A stretch of 63,136 bases of DNA, filler included, from Octopus bimaculoides (Eukaryota): assembly GCF_001194135.2 (NCBI RefSeq). It is 8 parts of 8 records of this genome, joined end to end, with 100 filler letters (N's around TTAATTAATTAA, not from the genome) between each part and the next. Parts side by side here need not be neighbours in the genome. Positions count along the whole stretch, not along the records: positions 49,182 to 58,044 come from NC_068982.1; positions 58,145 to 63,136 come from NC_068986.1; 6 more parts are not named here. One strand, 5' to 3'. This document shows positions 51,259-63,136 of this stretch, in pieces (position 1 is the stretch's first letter; each line of letters begins with the position of its first letter). A program made the translations under genes and the position numbers. The notes below the pieces were generated by a model that ran no database searches, was not told the DNA's origin, and worked only from the letters and a program-made list of their open reading frames with translations.

Positions 51259-51905
51259 CTTAATCTAGGGATTCAGTTGACATATATATAAATATATATA
51301 TGTATAGAACAAATAAGAGAAATGAGATGAGAAAGTAGATGTTTATTGCATTCGTTTACAGGTGTTTCATAATCTTGTTAGTTATATAATAGATATTACA
51401 TCAACATTAACACGCATATGAAGTGTACATTCATATATATATATATATATATATATGAAGTGTACATTCATATATATATATATATATANNNNNNNNNNNN
51501 NNNNNNNNNNNNNNNNNNNNNNNNNNNNNNNNNNNNNNNNNNNNNNNNNNNNNNNNNNNNNNNNNNNNNNNNNNNNNNNNNNNNNNNNNNNNNNNNNNNN
51601 NNNNNNNNNNNNNNNNNNNNNNNNNNNNNNNNNNNNNNNNNNNNNNNNNNNNNNNNNNNNNNNNNNNNNNNNNNNNNNNNNNNNNNNNNNNNNNNNNNNN
51701 NNNNNNNNNNNNNNNNNNNNNNNNNNNNNNNNNNNNNNNNNNNNNNNNNNNNNNNNNNNNNNNNNNNNNNNNNNNNNNNNNNNNNNNNNNNNNNNNNNNN
51801 NNNNNNNNNNNNNNNNNNNNNNNNNNNNNNNNNNNNNNNNNNNNNNNNNNNNNNNNNNNNNNNNNNNNNNNNNNNNNNNNNNNNNNNNNNNNNNNNNNNN
51901 NNNNN

Positions 51906-51942
<37 letters not shown>

Positions 51943-52495
51943 ATTTGTTTTGAAGTTTGTGTTCCGTTGTATTAAATATACTCATCCACCTGCTATGGAG
52001 AATGAATCAGACAGAAGGCGACGGTAAGCCAATGACAGATAAAGGCGAAGGACAGCCAGTTTCACTCAAGAAGAACTGGACGCAAGAAGATTAACAATAC
52101 ATCAAGGTTATTAGATCAGTCACAAGAAGTGAGACAAGAGAGACGAGCGCAAAAAATACTTAGTGGAAGTAAGAAAGGAGAGGAGGCCTTTATTCCGCGC
52201 ATCAACCTCCGTCCTAGTGAGACAACCCTTCCCTTTAGTATGAGTAGACGACAGTTTCCTGTTATCCCAGCATTTGCAATGAGTATAAACAAATCACAAA
52301 GGCAGAGCTTCAATAATGTTGGTATCATCCTACCATCACCAGTATTCATCCATGGACAACTTTATGTTGCATTGAGTAGAAGTTGTAATAATATTAAAAT
52401 GTCGGTAAAGGACCATCCAAAACAAGGTGAACTCATTGTCGATAGGGTTTTCACTAGGAACGTGGTGTTGAAGCAATTACTGTGATAAAGGTTGT

Positions 52496-52797
52496 AATTA
52501 TTTACATTATTTACATTATTTACATTTGACGGATATTTGTCCTCATCTTGTTTGTTGTTAACACAACGTTTCGGCTGATATACCCTCCAGCCTTCATTAG
52601 GTGTCTTGGGGAAATTTTGAACCTGGTTTCTCATTCCTAAGGTATTTTTCGATGTTATTATTATTATTATTGTTGTTCAGGTCACTGCTTGGAATCGAAC
52701 TCGGAATCTTGGGGTTAGTAGCCCGCGCTCTTAACCACTACGCCATATGAGGACAAATATCTGTCGAATGTAAATAATGTAAATAATGTACATAATT
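52496..52797 (-). mobile_element. tRNA-headed short element containing a hammerhead motif and bounded by 51-bp inverted repeats
   Basis: A box TGGCGTAGTGG and B box GTTCGATTCC (minus strand, about 52690-52746), HHR at 52561-52604, and a (TGTAAATAA)n tail. 52496-52546 and 52747-52797 are inverted at 48/51 nt. Confidence 0.8.
52561..52604 (-). ncRNA. Type I hammerhead motif (G5A in this copy)
   Basis: ACAC CUAAUGA A GGCUG-GAGGGUAUAU-CAGCC GAAAC GUU GUGU. Stem I is 4 bp and stem II 5 bp, both perfect. Confidence 0.75.
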
Positions 52798-53327
52798 CCT
52801 CATAGATATAGAACTGTAAAGATTGTAATGTTTTTATTTTAATTTTATTTTCCGTATCATTTTCATGCTATCATTTCTGACGGCACGGGTATACTAGTGC
52901 ATAATAATTACGCAAAATTACATGACTTCAAACAGCAGTTTCATCGGGCTATATCCAGCCTTTCGTCGACGAAATCCTGTTGAATGATTTGGAACATTTA
53001 TGTATACTTTCGAAGTAACCTGTTAGCATGATATATGTGGCGGTACTGCTAAACTAATTGCCAAAATCTTTCTGATCCCCACTACATAATTACACACACA
53101 CACACACACANNNNNNNNNNNNNNNNNNNNNNNNNNNNNNNNNNNNNNNNNNNNNNNNNNNNNNNNNNNNNNNNNNNNNNNNNNNNNNNNNNNNNNNNNN
53201 NNNNNNNNNNNNNNNNNNNNNNNNNNNNNNNNNNNNNNNNNNNNNNNNNNNNNNNNNNNNNNNNNNNNNNNNNAGAAAAAGTTAATGTACCGTGCTCATT
53301 TCTATATAAAAACTTGTGGAATAAATA

Positions 53328-53537
53328 CAGGGTGTCCACAAGGTCTGGGTACATGGAGTAAATAAAATCATAACATAAACAATTAAATATAAGAAATAAT
53401 AATTTCTTAAAGTATGTGTTAATCTCCATGTGGGTACATGGAGTAAATAAAATCATAACAAACAATTAAATATAAGAAAAAATAATTTCTTAAAGTATGT
53501 GTTAATCCCCATGTACCCAGACTTTGTGGACACCCTG
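53328..53537. mobile_element. Tc1-type MITE (same family as 45527, opposite orientation) with an internal duplication of about 85 bp
   Basis: Same TIRs and TA flanks. ATGGAGTAAATAAAATCATAAC...GTATGTGTTAATC.CCATGT occurs twice. Confidence 0.85.
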
Positions 53538-54939
53538 TACTTTACAGCGACAAATTAGCGAAGTTTGCATAGGAAATACTCCGAAAAAAAAAACGCAACT
53601 TCTGCAAAAGAACATCATGATCTTGCATGAATGGGGTATGTATGGGAGCATGTGATTTAATTTTAGAAGTCCAGGCAAGGCTTCATCAAGATGATTAAAA
53701 GCTTTGGCATTACTCGGCTTTGCTCTAGCATAGCACCACCAGTAATCTATCAAGTTTTTTGCAGACCGTTAGTTAAAGCCAAACAAGGTTTGTGGACATT
53801 TGCAGTATTTGTTACGGCTCCCTTCTCTGTGAGTTCAAATCCCACAGACGTCAAGTTGGTCTTTCATCCTTTAGCGGTCGATAAAAAAAGTATCAAGTCA
53901 GTGCGATAGACTGGCGGAAGTGCTAGAACGTTGGACGGGATACTTTGCAGTGTATGTCTCAGCTCTTTGAACTCTAACAGTAATGCCTAGGACAACAATG
54001 ATGTCAAAGTGTATCGGCAATTGCTTTTTCTTTGGACAGCATTGACTGCATAGAGAGGGAAAACTTGCATACAAGGACAACTGTTAGTCTTTCAAAAAAA
54101 CCTTACTCAGGACGAAAGCTGCGGAATATGTTATACGAGAGGAAAAAGCAAGAAAAGCAATCTCAAATTCATCTCAGTTTTACAGAGAATATATACCGAA
54201 GAATCGGATACTCTGTAGAATAATAAATACTTTTTAAGTAAAAGATCTGGAAACATTTTGAGCAAACGTTTGCGGTTACTTCAAGGACTTCATTCATTAA
54301 GAGATATAGCTGGAACGTCGGTTGTGCTACGAGGTGAATCCATAGCTAAAGATAGATTTGTAACGATACTAGTGAAGCTATGTGGTGATAAGTTATTTGA
54401 AAGATAATTTACGGTGAACGGCATAATTATTTATTCTCTTAAAAGGACGTTCCTAGTCAGTTTCAATCACATTAAGAACGGGGATGTCAAATCAAAATAG
54501 CTCAAATATAAGTATAGCTCATCTATAATAATAAATGCCAAAACTAATTTCTGTGTGTCAGTGTGTCACACTTTGAACCCCTCACTCACTATTCAATGAC
54601 ACTTCTACTATTCCTCCTGCTGAGGTGAGAGTAATAGTAGGCATAGATACGGTGAGGGCGGTAGAAGATTGAAGGCTGTGATGGTAATGGGGTGATAGTA
54701 ATAGTATGAGCTGTAGTTGTGATAGAGGTGGAGGCGACGGTGATGATGGTGGCGGTTGTGGTAGCCGAGGCGGTCAGGGATGACGGTGACAGTAAGCGAT
54801 GTTAAAGACAGTGGAGGGGAAGGCGACGAAGTCAAAGGTATTGATGGTGGTGGCATCAGAAGTCTGGATGGTGTGTGAATGGCAGATGTGGTGGCGATGG
54901 TGGTGATAATGGTGATGGTGATGTTTGAAAACAATCAAC

Positions 54940-54994
<55 letters not shown>

Positions 54995-55684
54995 AAGAAA
55001 GAAAGAGGTTAGATAGAAAAAAATGCACTGACCCCTGAATGGGAAGACAAAAAATGTTGTTTATCATGCAGCTTTGCAATAAGTTCCAAGTCAACAAATT
55101 ATATCATTGTTTTGATGAAAATTGTTCATTGCTTGAAAAATATTGGTTAAGTTTAATAGAATTTAATATGTACTCAATGCATGAAGTGTCATTGTTGGGC
55201 CCAAGCCCCAATGAAGAGCCCTCCACAAGAGCTACCTTAAAAGCCGCCCGATAGGCATATAAATTTGATTATTAGCTCCGTATCGAAAAAACATTGAACA
55301 AACCGTTAACAGGGAAATAGAACTAACTACTTCAAAGTATAACAACTAACTATTATCAATTTCGAAAAACTAGATTAACAGACGAATGATGCTTACAGAA
55401 ATCATCTGTAGATCCTCTCAGATAATCCATATCTTTAAATGGTCTTCTTTAATTATTCTTTATATAACACTAAATGTTAAGAAGAACATTACATAATTAA
55501 TATTACTCAAATCAATCAAATCACTCTGAATTTAATTCCGATCGAAATAATAACAATTATTGGGTTCCAGAGTTCGTTACATTTTTGTTGTTACGACATG
55601 GTAAAGATTGTAAATAAAGATCAATAATGTTTTAAAGTAAAACCAGTGGAATAGTGTTAGCTACCAGAATGTAATAACTAACTA

Positions 55685-55980
55685 TTGCTCTGTCGGTTAC
55701 GACGCCGAGGGTCTTAGTTGACTCATTTAACGGAACAGCCTGCTCATGAAATTAAAGTGCAAGTGGATGAGCACTCCAAAGACTCGCGTACCCTTAACGT
55801 AGTCCTCAGGAAGATTCAGTGTTACATAGAATGTGTCAAGGTTGGCCTTTTGGAATACAGGTACTGCTAATTTTTGCCAGCTGGGTGGACTGGAGCAACG
55901 TGAAGTAAAGTTTCTTGCTCAAGGACACAACACGCTACTGGTAATTAAACTCATGATATTACAAGCGTCAGCCGAATACC
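55685..55980 (-). mobile_element. SINE, same body as 28660-28860
   Basis: Shared conserved body plus a TTGAGCAAGAAACTT...GTTGCTCCAGTCCAC block. Confidence 0.75.
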
Positions 55981-56405
55981 AGATTGTGGTAGTGGACAAA
56001 ATAAGAGAAAATACACAGTATTTCAACTACCGTGTACAATTGACTACGAACTGGTATTCTCGTGCTGTGTCTATGAACATTCGTCTAACTTCTCATTATA
56101 GACTCTTTCACTGTCTACTTCATTGCTATTCTTATATGTACTTAACGCACATGCATACATCCATGCCTATACACACGTACACTTTGTTCTCTTGACGGCC
56201 TGTCTATTATTCTGTATACAAGACGCACATACAGATACACATGTTAACATATCAATAAATCTTCTCTTAAACACTCTACTCGGTCGTGTCTCTCTTTTTC
56301 CCTCTGGCATATATATGTATTATTCTTTTTATATATTCATTGTAAGGGCTGTGCGATGTACCTGAGACTCATTTTCGTTACTTCGCATCGCACGGTCGTT
56401 TACAC

Positions 56406-56472
<67 letters not shown>

Positions 56473-57620
56473 CCGTTTTTAATCACACACAACATATATA
56501 ATTACCTTATTCAATGTATTCTTCCCCATTCTTGACGGTTGGTAGTGTGCTTTGAGGCTAGCTTTGGTTGATATTTTTTTTATCAAGTAGGGCAACTACG
56601 TAGAGGTTCACTCGTTGGCAAAAAGGGTTGATATATAGTCTTACTACTTGGACAAATTCTTCAATTCAACCAGATAATTAACGACGCATAAACAACTGAG
56701 AGATGAATAAGAATTATTTAATGAAAGTGAACTATTGAAAATCAGCTGGAGAACAGTGTAGAAAACAACAAGACTGGTCTTTAATAATTTTTTCACTCGG
56801 GGTTTCTAGAAACCATAGCATTTTGCAAAGATTTTATATGACATTATAGGTCTACGAAATATAAACGGGAAATAACTAGTTAAATATTGTGTTTCTGAAA
56901 TATGTGAAGTTTACGTGAAATGGTGTCTTTGGGTATATGAAACACCTTGTCTTTTTCTTTTTTCGTCAACAAATGATTTAAAGTCGATCTATTAGGTTCC
57001 AATTGGGGTCCCATATTTTTAAAAACCTACTTGTTTTAAAAATAGAACTAAAGCTCAGACGACAACTTCACCACACAATCTATCTCCATATAAAAATTTG
57101 TGTGTGCATATATACATATATGGAGGTGCCAATGTGTGTTACGTGCGTTTCTGTGTGTGTATGTGTGTGTGTGTGTGTGTGTTTACTCACAATATACCTA
57201 CAGACACACAACACATCCACACATACTTAAATGTGAATATACATATAAATATGCACATACACAGATATATGCATATAATAAATACATAAGTCCGAACACA
57301 CACACACACACGCATATATGTACGTATGTATTTCAAAAACCCTGTGATTATATAACATCGTGATCAAGTGTTTCATTTTCTCTCCCCCACACTTGTTTTG
57401 CGCCCGAGCCACGTTCACTTTCAACACCCACTATTGTCACATATGCTAGCATTTAGGTATTGGTAGGTTCGGACCAATGGAGGATTGGTTTCACGGGGCT
57501 GATCGTGGGAAGGGACACATGACAAACAATTTCAAGAGATCCCAACAATGTGTCTTCTAGCTCTCTCTTTAATCAACACGCCCCGTTTTTTTTTTTGCGT
57601 TTCAAAACCCTTGCATTTGC

Positions 57621-57679
<59 letters not shown>

Positions 57680-57913
57680 ACTTTCTAGTTCATAGTACAG
57701 TAACTCTATATGAGCACGAGGGTCATATCAGCCCTACGTATATATAAATAAGGCTTAAATTCTTTCATCCAAACTTCTTTCCCTTGCGCATTGGAAGACA
57801 GAACGAATCGATTGGCAAGTAAGTTATACCTGTTCTTTCATCTGTACAATTACTTGTATCTCAGTACATCACACATACAGATGTGCGGGTGTGTGTATAT
57901 GTGCATATTATGT

Positions 57914-57986
<73 letters not shown>

Positions 57987-58204
57987 GAGACAAATATTTT
58001 CGCATATATGCGGTGTGTATATATGTGTATCTATCTATCTATCTNNNNNNNNNNNNNNNNNNNNNNNNNNNNNNNNNNNNNNNNNNNNTTAATTAATTAA
58101 NNNNNNNNNNNNNNNNNNNNNNNNNNNNNNNNNNNNNNNNNNNNATTGCAACAACGGGGGTTTGTGGTTAGGATTATGATGGGGCGGGAGTGATGTGGGG
58201 CAGG

Positions 58205-58232
58205 TTGTCGCTGTCATCATCGACGTCATCGA

Positions 58233-58286
<54 letters not shown>

Positions 58287-58454
58287 TATTGTCATCGTCA
58301 TCATCGTCGTCGTCGTCGTTGTCATCATCATCCTCATCGTCGTTGTTGTCGTCATCACCATCATGATCTTCATCATCGTCATCGTCATCATCGTCATCGC
58401 CATCATCGTCATCGCCATCATCATCATCATCATCATCATCATCGCCATCATCAA

Positions 58455-58490
<36 letters not shown>
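58205..58490. repeat. Imperfect (CAT/CGT)n trinucleotide tract
   Basis: Direct reading. It generates the poly-M and poly-I pseudo-ORFs. Confidence 0.95.
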
Positions 58491-59899
58491 AGTACTGGTC
58501 ATGGTGATTGTATTGATCGAATGTGGCTGTGGTTTTGTTCTGGGGCTATTTATTGGTGAAGGTGACACGGATTAATGATGATGATGGTGATAACGACGTT
58601 TATAAACGTCGAGATGTTGATGGCGATACTATTGCAGGTTCCATAACAGTAGTAAATATAGTTAGTGGTTGTGGGTAGTAAAATGCAGCTAGAAAAATCT
58701 GTGCTTTCTCAACGGTGTCAAATTTTCAAACCTATATTGTAAATTACATCTCCGATAGAGACACATTCCCGTAATTATAACTAACATTTTTAATTACCCA
58801 ATCTCCGTGCAATGCTCCTATGAATGAATGAATTAAATAATTAATTAATTAATACTTCCATCATCTGCATTGTTATGCAAACTAGCAAAACCAATTTAGT
58901 TCTCTATCAGTGTTATCATCATAGGTGCATTATGCTATGTACCAACAAATTTGCACAAAAACCTAGAAATACGGTTTCTCGGAAAAAGAGCTAAAGAAAC
59001 TGGCGCGGATTCTCCAAATCCAATCTATGAGTGGCACAGTGAAAATTTGTAAGACATTCCAAAAATTCTCCATCTGAAATTCTAATGTGAATAAAGGCAC
59101 ACACTTGGGTGTATGTATCGACAGTTCAACCAACACACCGACTCAACCACATATTTACAAGCACCGGAATCTCTCTGAACACAAAAAGTCTTGTCGCTTT
59201 GTTAACGACAAGACTGGCTTGAACTTTCTCAAAAAGAGCTACATACATACATACATACATACATAATGCATCTAGACATAAAAACGCATCCATAAAACAA
59301 ACATACAAATCTGCGCATACACTAACACCAAATACTGCACACATACACATATGCACAAATACCTAGATGATGTTGATAAAAGTTCCAATGAAGGAGCCTT
59401 GAATCTATGTTAGAGTCCGGCTCTTTCTCTATGGACAAGAAATACAGAAATGAAACTGATTGATAACATACATACATACATACATACATACATACATACA
59501 TACATACATACATACATACATAGGCCACAGCCCCTGGCTGGAACATGTAAAATATGTTATTTATATATGTTAAATATATATTTTTTTTTAATTTAAATTA
59601 TCTCAAACAAATCTTTTGAAGAGGATATGAAGGAGCATTTTTGTAGGCTCTTTCGGCTGTTATCAGCTTTTCAGATCTGTGGTATAAACCAAAGTTTTCT
59701 ACGGGGTTGCCGGTGTAGTAATTCTATAAGAATACCAACACAGAAAACTTTTGCTTTTGCTACGTTTCTGAAACTTTAATAACAACCGAAAGCGCTTACT
59801 CATAACTTTTCTTCATATCGCTACAAGATTTACTTTAATCTGATCTTTTTAATGATGTTTTTTAGATAATTATTTTTGTATTTCTAAACATTGATGTTA

Positions 59900-61200
59900 A
59901 CACTACAAAAACACTAGTTAGCAAAATGCCATCGTTCTCTCCATATCATGGCTATGTCAAAAAGGCATTGATCTTTTGTTTCTGTTCAGCCAGATATATA
60001 GACCACTTAAACAGGCAGTACTGATCCGATGTTGCTTATCTTGTTCGTCTATATGCTGTTTTTTTTTTGTTTTTTTTACATAGCCATGATACGGAAGAAC
60101 GAAAACATCTTGCTAACTTACATTCTTGAAGTGTCTCCACAAAGAACAATCACAAGATTGTCTATCCAAACGTATATTCAACATTAAGCCCAATCCAGCA
60201 AGATGAAAAAATATTCAGTCTCTTTTCTCTAAATGGACTAGCTTCCATAGATAATGGAATGGATTGTGATGAAGAAACAATTGCTGGCGGTGTTGGACTT
60301 CGTACAGATTTTAAATACATATCTGCAGAAAATTCGGAGCCAAGATTATTTACTCAACTATTGATAGTCAAAGAATAATTCTTGATTGTTGATGAAAGCG
60401 AAAAAATGTATGGCGGATAAAAAATAAAATCAGCTTCTAGAATGATTTTAAAGATTAATCGAAATAATGGAATTATTGCTGGAAATTTAGCGATAATTCA
60501 TAATAAGGCTAGAAGTAACGATGTGATATATGAGCATTTAAAAGATCGTGTTAGAGATTTATCTCTGACTAAAGAGATAAATACCAGGAATTTGGGAATG
60601 AAACCTAACTAGTAGGAGATGATGTATAGTGACAAGCTAAACTATGTTTATAAGAGAATATTATAGTTTTAATAAAGGCGGCGAGCTGGCAGAATCGTTA
60701 GCACGCCGAGCAAAATGCTTAGCGGCATTTCGTCTGTTTTTACGTTCTGAGTTTAAATTCCGCCTATGTCGTTTTTGCCTTTCATCTTCTCGGGGTCGAT
60801 GAAGTAAGTACCTGTTGAACACTGGTGTCGATGTAATCGATTTAACCCCTACCCCGAATTTACTGGCCTTATGCCAAAATTTGAAACCAAAAAAATTATA
60901 TGCGCAATACTTTACAAAGAAATTGTATAATGTATATTCTTTACTTATGTGTATTTAATTTAATCTATTATATATCTAGTTAAAATTATGCGTGAATTTT
61001 TCTAACGATAAACAAATTTTGTATAAAATGTCATTTAATATACCTAAGATATTGACGAAATTGAGAAAAAAAGCATATTTCAAAATTTTGACGTGTTAGG
61101 AAAGAAAAAAGATAACAGTAAATTTGGAATCAGTGACAAATGGGAATTAAAATATAGCTAATTTCACTTCTGATGGAAAATAAAATCTTGTTGATTAATG
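59900..61200 (+). mobile_element. Decayed Chapaev3-like (CMC-group) DNA transposon remnant
   Basis: SVSTKNNHKIVYPNVYSTLSPIQQDE (compare K.KHKIVYPNLPSAIRPVPH), EPRLFTQ and DRVRDLSLTKE occur in the expected order. Family name is from memory. Confidence 0.5.
60676..60890 (+). mobile_element. SINE family B, near full length
   Basis: GGCGGCGAGCTGGCAGAATCGTTAGCACGCCG...GAGTTTAAATTCCGCC...CTTTCATCTTCTCGGGGTCGAT. Confidence 0.85.
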
Positions 61201-61229
61201 TTATTAAAGACCTACTTTTACATGGTCAT

Positions 61230-62720
61230 TCAGCGTGTTAGAAATAGTAGTCAAATCTTCTTCAAATCACACTTTGTTGTCTTAGATAAGAACGCATCGA
61301 ATGATGAGATTCCAGGATTACTATGCCGGAAAATGTACTGGAGTGTCATGAATAGAATGTCTTTGGATGATCATAGCTCTCTTTGATCGAGTCTAATCCG
61401 AGACTAAGGAACCACAACATCAAAGACCTATTCCTCATCCACCCTCTCTTACTACTACTCCTCAGAGTCATAACTGTGACCAGCTACACAACTTACACTA
61501 CTGCCACTGCTATATGACAAAGAGGAAACCTCGTCTCCAGTCATGAGCAACTTTTGTCCCGCGGAACTTTCTGGATGGCGCTCCAAACGAAAAATTACCT
61601 TAAATTTGTTTTAGTAATGCATCCCACCTTATAATGAGTCATGTCTCTTGTGGTCCGTTTGAGAAAAATTGTTGACCATGCTTGTTCTACGCTGTTAGTT
61701 AAGCTGCAAGAAATAACAGTCAAATTCTCTGAAACTTCACCCTACCGACTAAATACAAGAAGAGCAATTTGGTTAATGTGTAGCTAGTTTCTAGTTTCGT
61801 TATGTTAAGAAAAAACAATGGGATGATCACGGTTTTGACCATAGGTTCGGCTGATAGATACAGAACTGGGGTTAAATACCAACACTACAACCACCACGAG
61901 AAATACTGTTAGATACTACAGATAAGCTGGGTTAACGGGAGCTTCTTGTGCTCGGAATAGCCAAATCTCCCTCAAATCATTCAATAATACCTTAGAAAAG
62001 AATACGGTTGGTTCATGTAGCCCTGGGTTCCTTAAGACAGAGGTAAAAATACAGGATGATCAGAGCTTGAATGCCTTTCATCTTAGGTTTGCTTGATCGG
62101 GGTTAATCGGAGACGAAATGACATCAGCAACAGCAACGATAACCGCAGGGAAACGGGCGGAGCTTCTGCGTGATCTGCTAGAAATCGCAGTGAAATCTCT
62201 CTCAAATTATGCTCCGCCGTTTGCATTAAATATAAGAAGGATGCATTGGATAATGTTTCCTAGATACTCCTTTTAAAAAACGGATACTTTGGGTTGGAAG
62301 GTCTTACATTATATGACTTCTCAATTAAGACTGGCCTGGAGCTAAAGAACAACAACAATAACGACACCGTTGCCATTAACCAACATCAGATTTAAACATC
62401 GTTATCACTTCCACCACCACAACAACTCTTACTAACAACCACAAAACAAGCAACACTGCAGTCATTGCCATTAGCCGCCATCACAATCAATCAGTATCCG
62501 ATAAGGGAGCCTCTACGAGATCACTCAGATTGCGAGAAATAGCAGCCACTGTCTTCGAAAAAATTGTCACGGTTAACCCTTAAACAGCGCATTTTCTAAT
62601 ATGCAATAAAAAAAAAAACGAGGTGGTGGTCACGACTGGAACGTGTTTGACCATAGGTCTGCACGATAATGGTTAACTTAGAGCTAAACAACACTATCAA
62701 CAACAGCAACAACAACTATC
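61230..62720 (+). repeat. Five diverged head-to-tail copies of a short element of about 200 bp ending in (CAA)n
   Basis: Each has AGAAATAGCAGCCAAATCTC.CTCAAATCA-like and TTTGA.CATAGGT.TG...GG.GCTAAA(CAA)n blocks. Confidence 0.7.
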
Positions 62721-62870
62721 GCTTCCGCTCGGTAGATAAGTAGAGTGTGAAATCCCAACATAACACAGAACCAGCCAAGCAACGAAGTTAGCCAATCGTA
62801 TTAGCTAGCTTTCATTGCTATCTCTCTCCCACGGCGCTATGTGCTACGTATATAATTCATATCTGAAGTT

Positions 62871-62991
62871 ATGTCCCTGGAGTGTTCAACTGGGACTCAA
62901 CTCGTCACTGCTGGAAAGGGATGTAAGAAGAGATGTTTGGTGGTCGATGCAAATGCATGGCAGGTGGGAAGGTTTAACCTTTTAATTCATA

Positions 62992-63041
<50 letters not shown>

Positions 63042-63136
63042 GTTGTTGTTGTTGTTGTTGTTGTGTTCTTTTGTTTTGCTTGTACTATGTTCTTTTGTAT
63101 TTCTGCTTTTTTCTCTCTCCTTTTTTCCTAGGGTTT
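62871..63136 (+). other. Candidate exon 62871-62963, intron 62964-63131 and the start of the next exon at 63132
   Basis: A long polypyrimidine tract ending TTTTTTCCTAG at 63131 is a strong acceptor. The upstream donor CAG/GTGGGA is moderate. Confidence 0.3.

Larger units (their letters stand above)
52090..52897 (+). mobile_element. Helitron 3' end: Pif1-like helicase C-terminus and CTAG terminus, interrupted by the SINE at 52496-52797
   Basis: AFIPRINLRPSETTLPFSMSRRQFPVIPAFAMSINKSQRQSF..VGI.LP.PVFIHGQLYVALSR...FTRNVV (ORF 52129-52485). The 3' end reads GCACGGGTATA-CTAG-T, with CTAG at 52894-52897. Confidence 0.85.

Noticed and set aside
58089-58575. Poly-Met / poly-Ile ORFs
   Set aside because: They are translations of a (CAT)n microsatellite.

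Overview
This is AT-rich, microsatellite-dense animal DNA from a gapped draft assembly, with many N runs, several containing a TTAATTAATTAA filler. The repeat families look like those of Octopus (cephalopod mollusc); this is recognition from memory, not a database hit. I recognise no intact protein-coding gene; nearly all long ORFs in the track are microsatellite or N-gap artefacts. The window is mostly transposon debris: R4/Dong-like RLE LINEs in (TAA)n tracts, L1/Tx1-like LINEs, an RTE 3' end, a HERO-like RT fragment, a Penelope-like element (PLE), mariner fragments, Tc1-type MITEs, a Helitron 3' end, a Chapaev3-like remnant and several tRNA-derived SINE families. The main unexplained signal is a set of minimal type I hammerhead ribozyme (HHR) motifs: six clear copies (2676, 2987, 10531, 11376, 12491, 52561) and about three decayed ones, in several unrelated short repeat families. 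Two carriers place an inverted copy of their own 3' tail at their 5' end. One of these (52496-52797) also has a tRNA-derived Pol III head, so it is a candidate PLE-mobilised, ribozyme-carrying SINE. All alignments, translations and folds were done by eye, and coordinates of decayed repeats are approximate. The exon calls are low-confidence.
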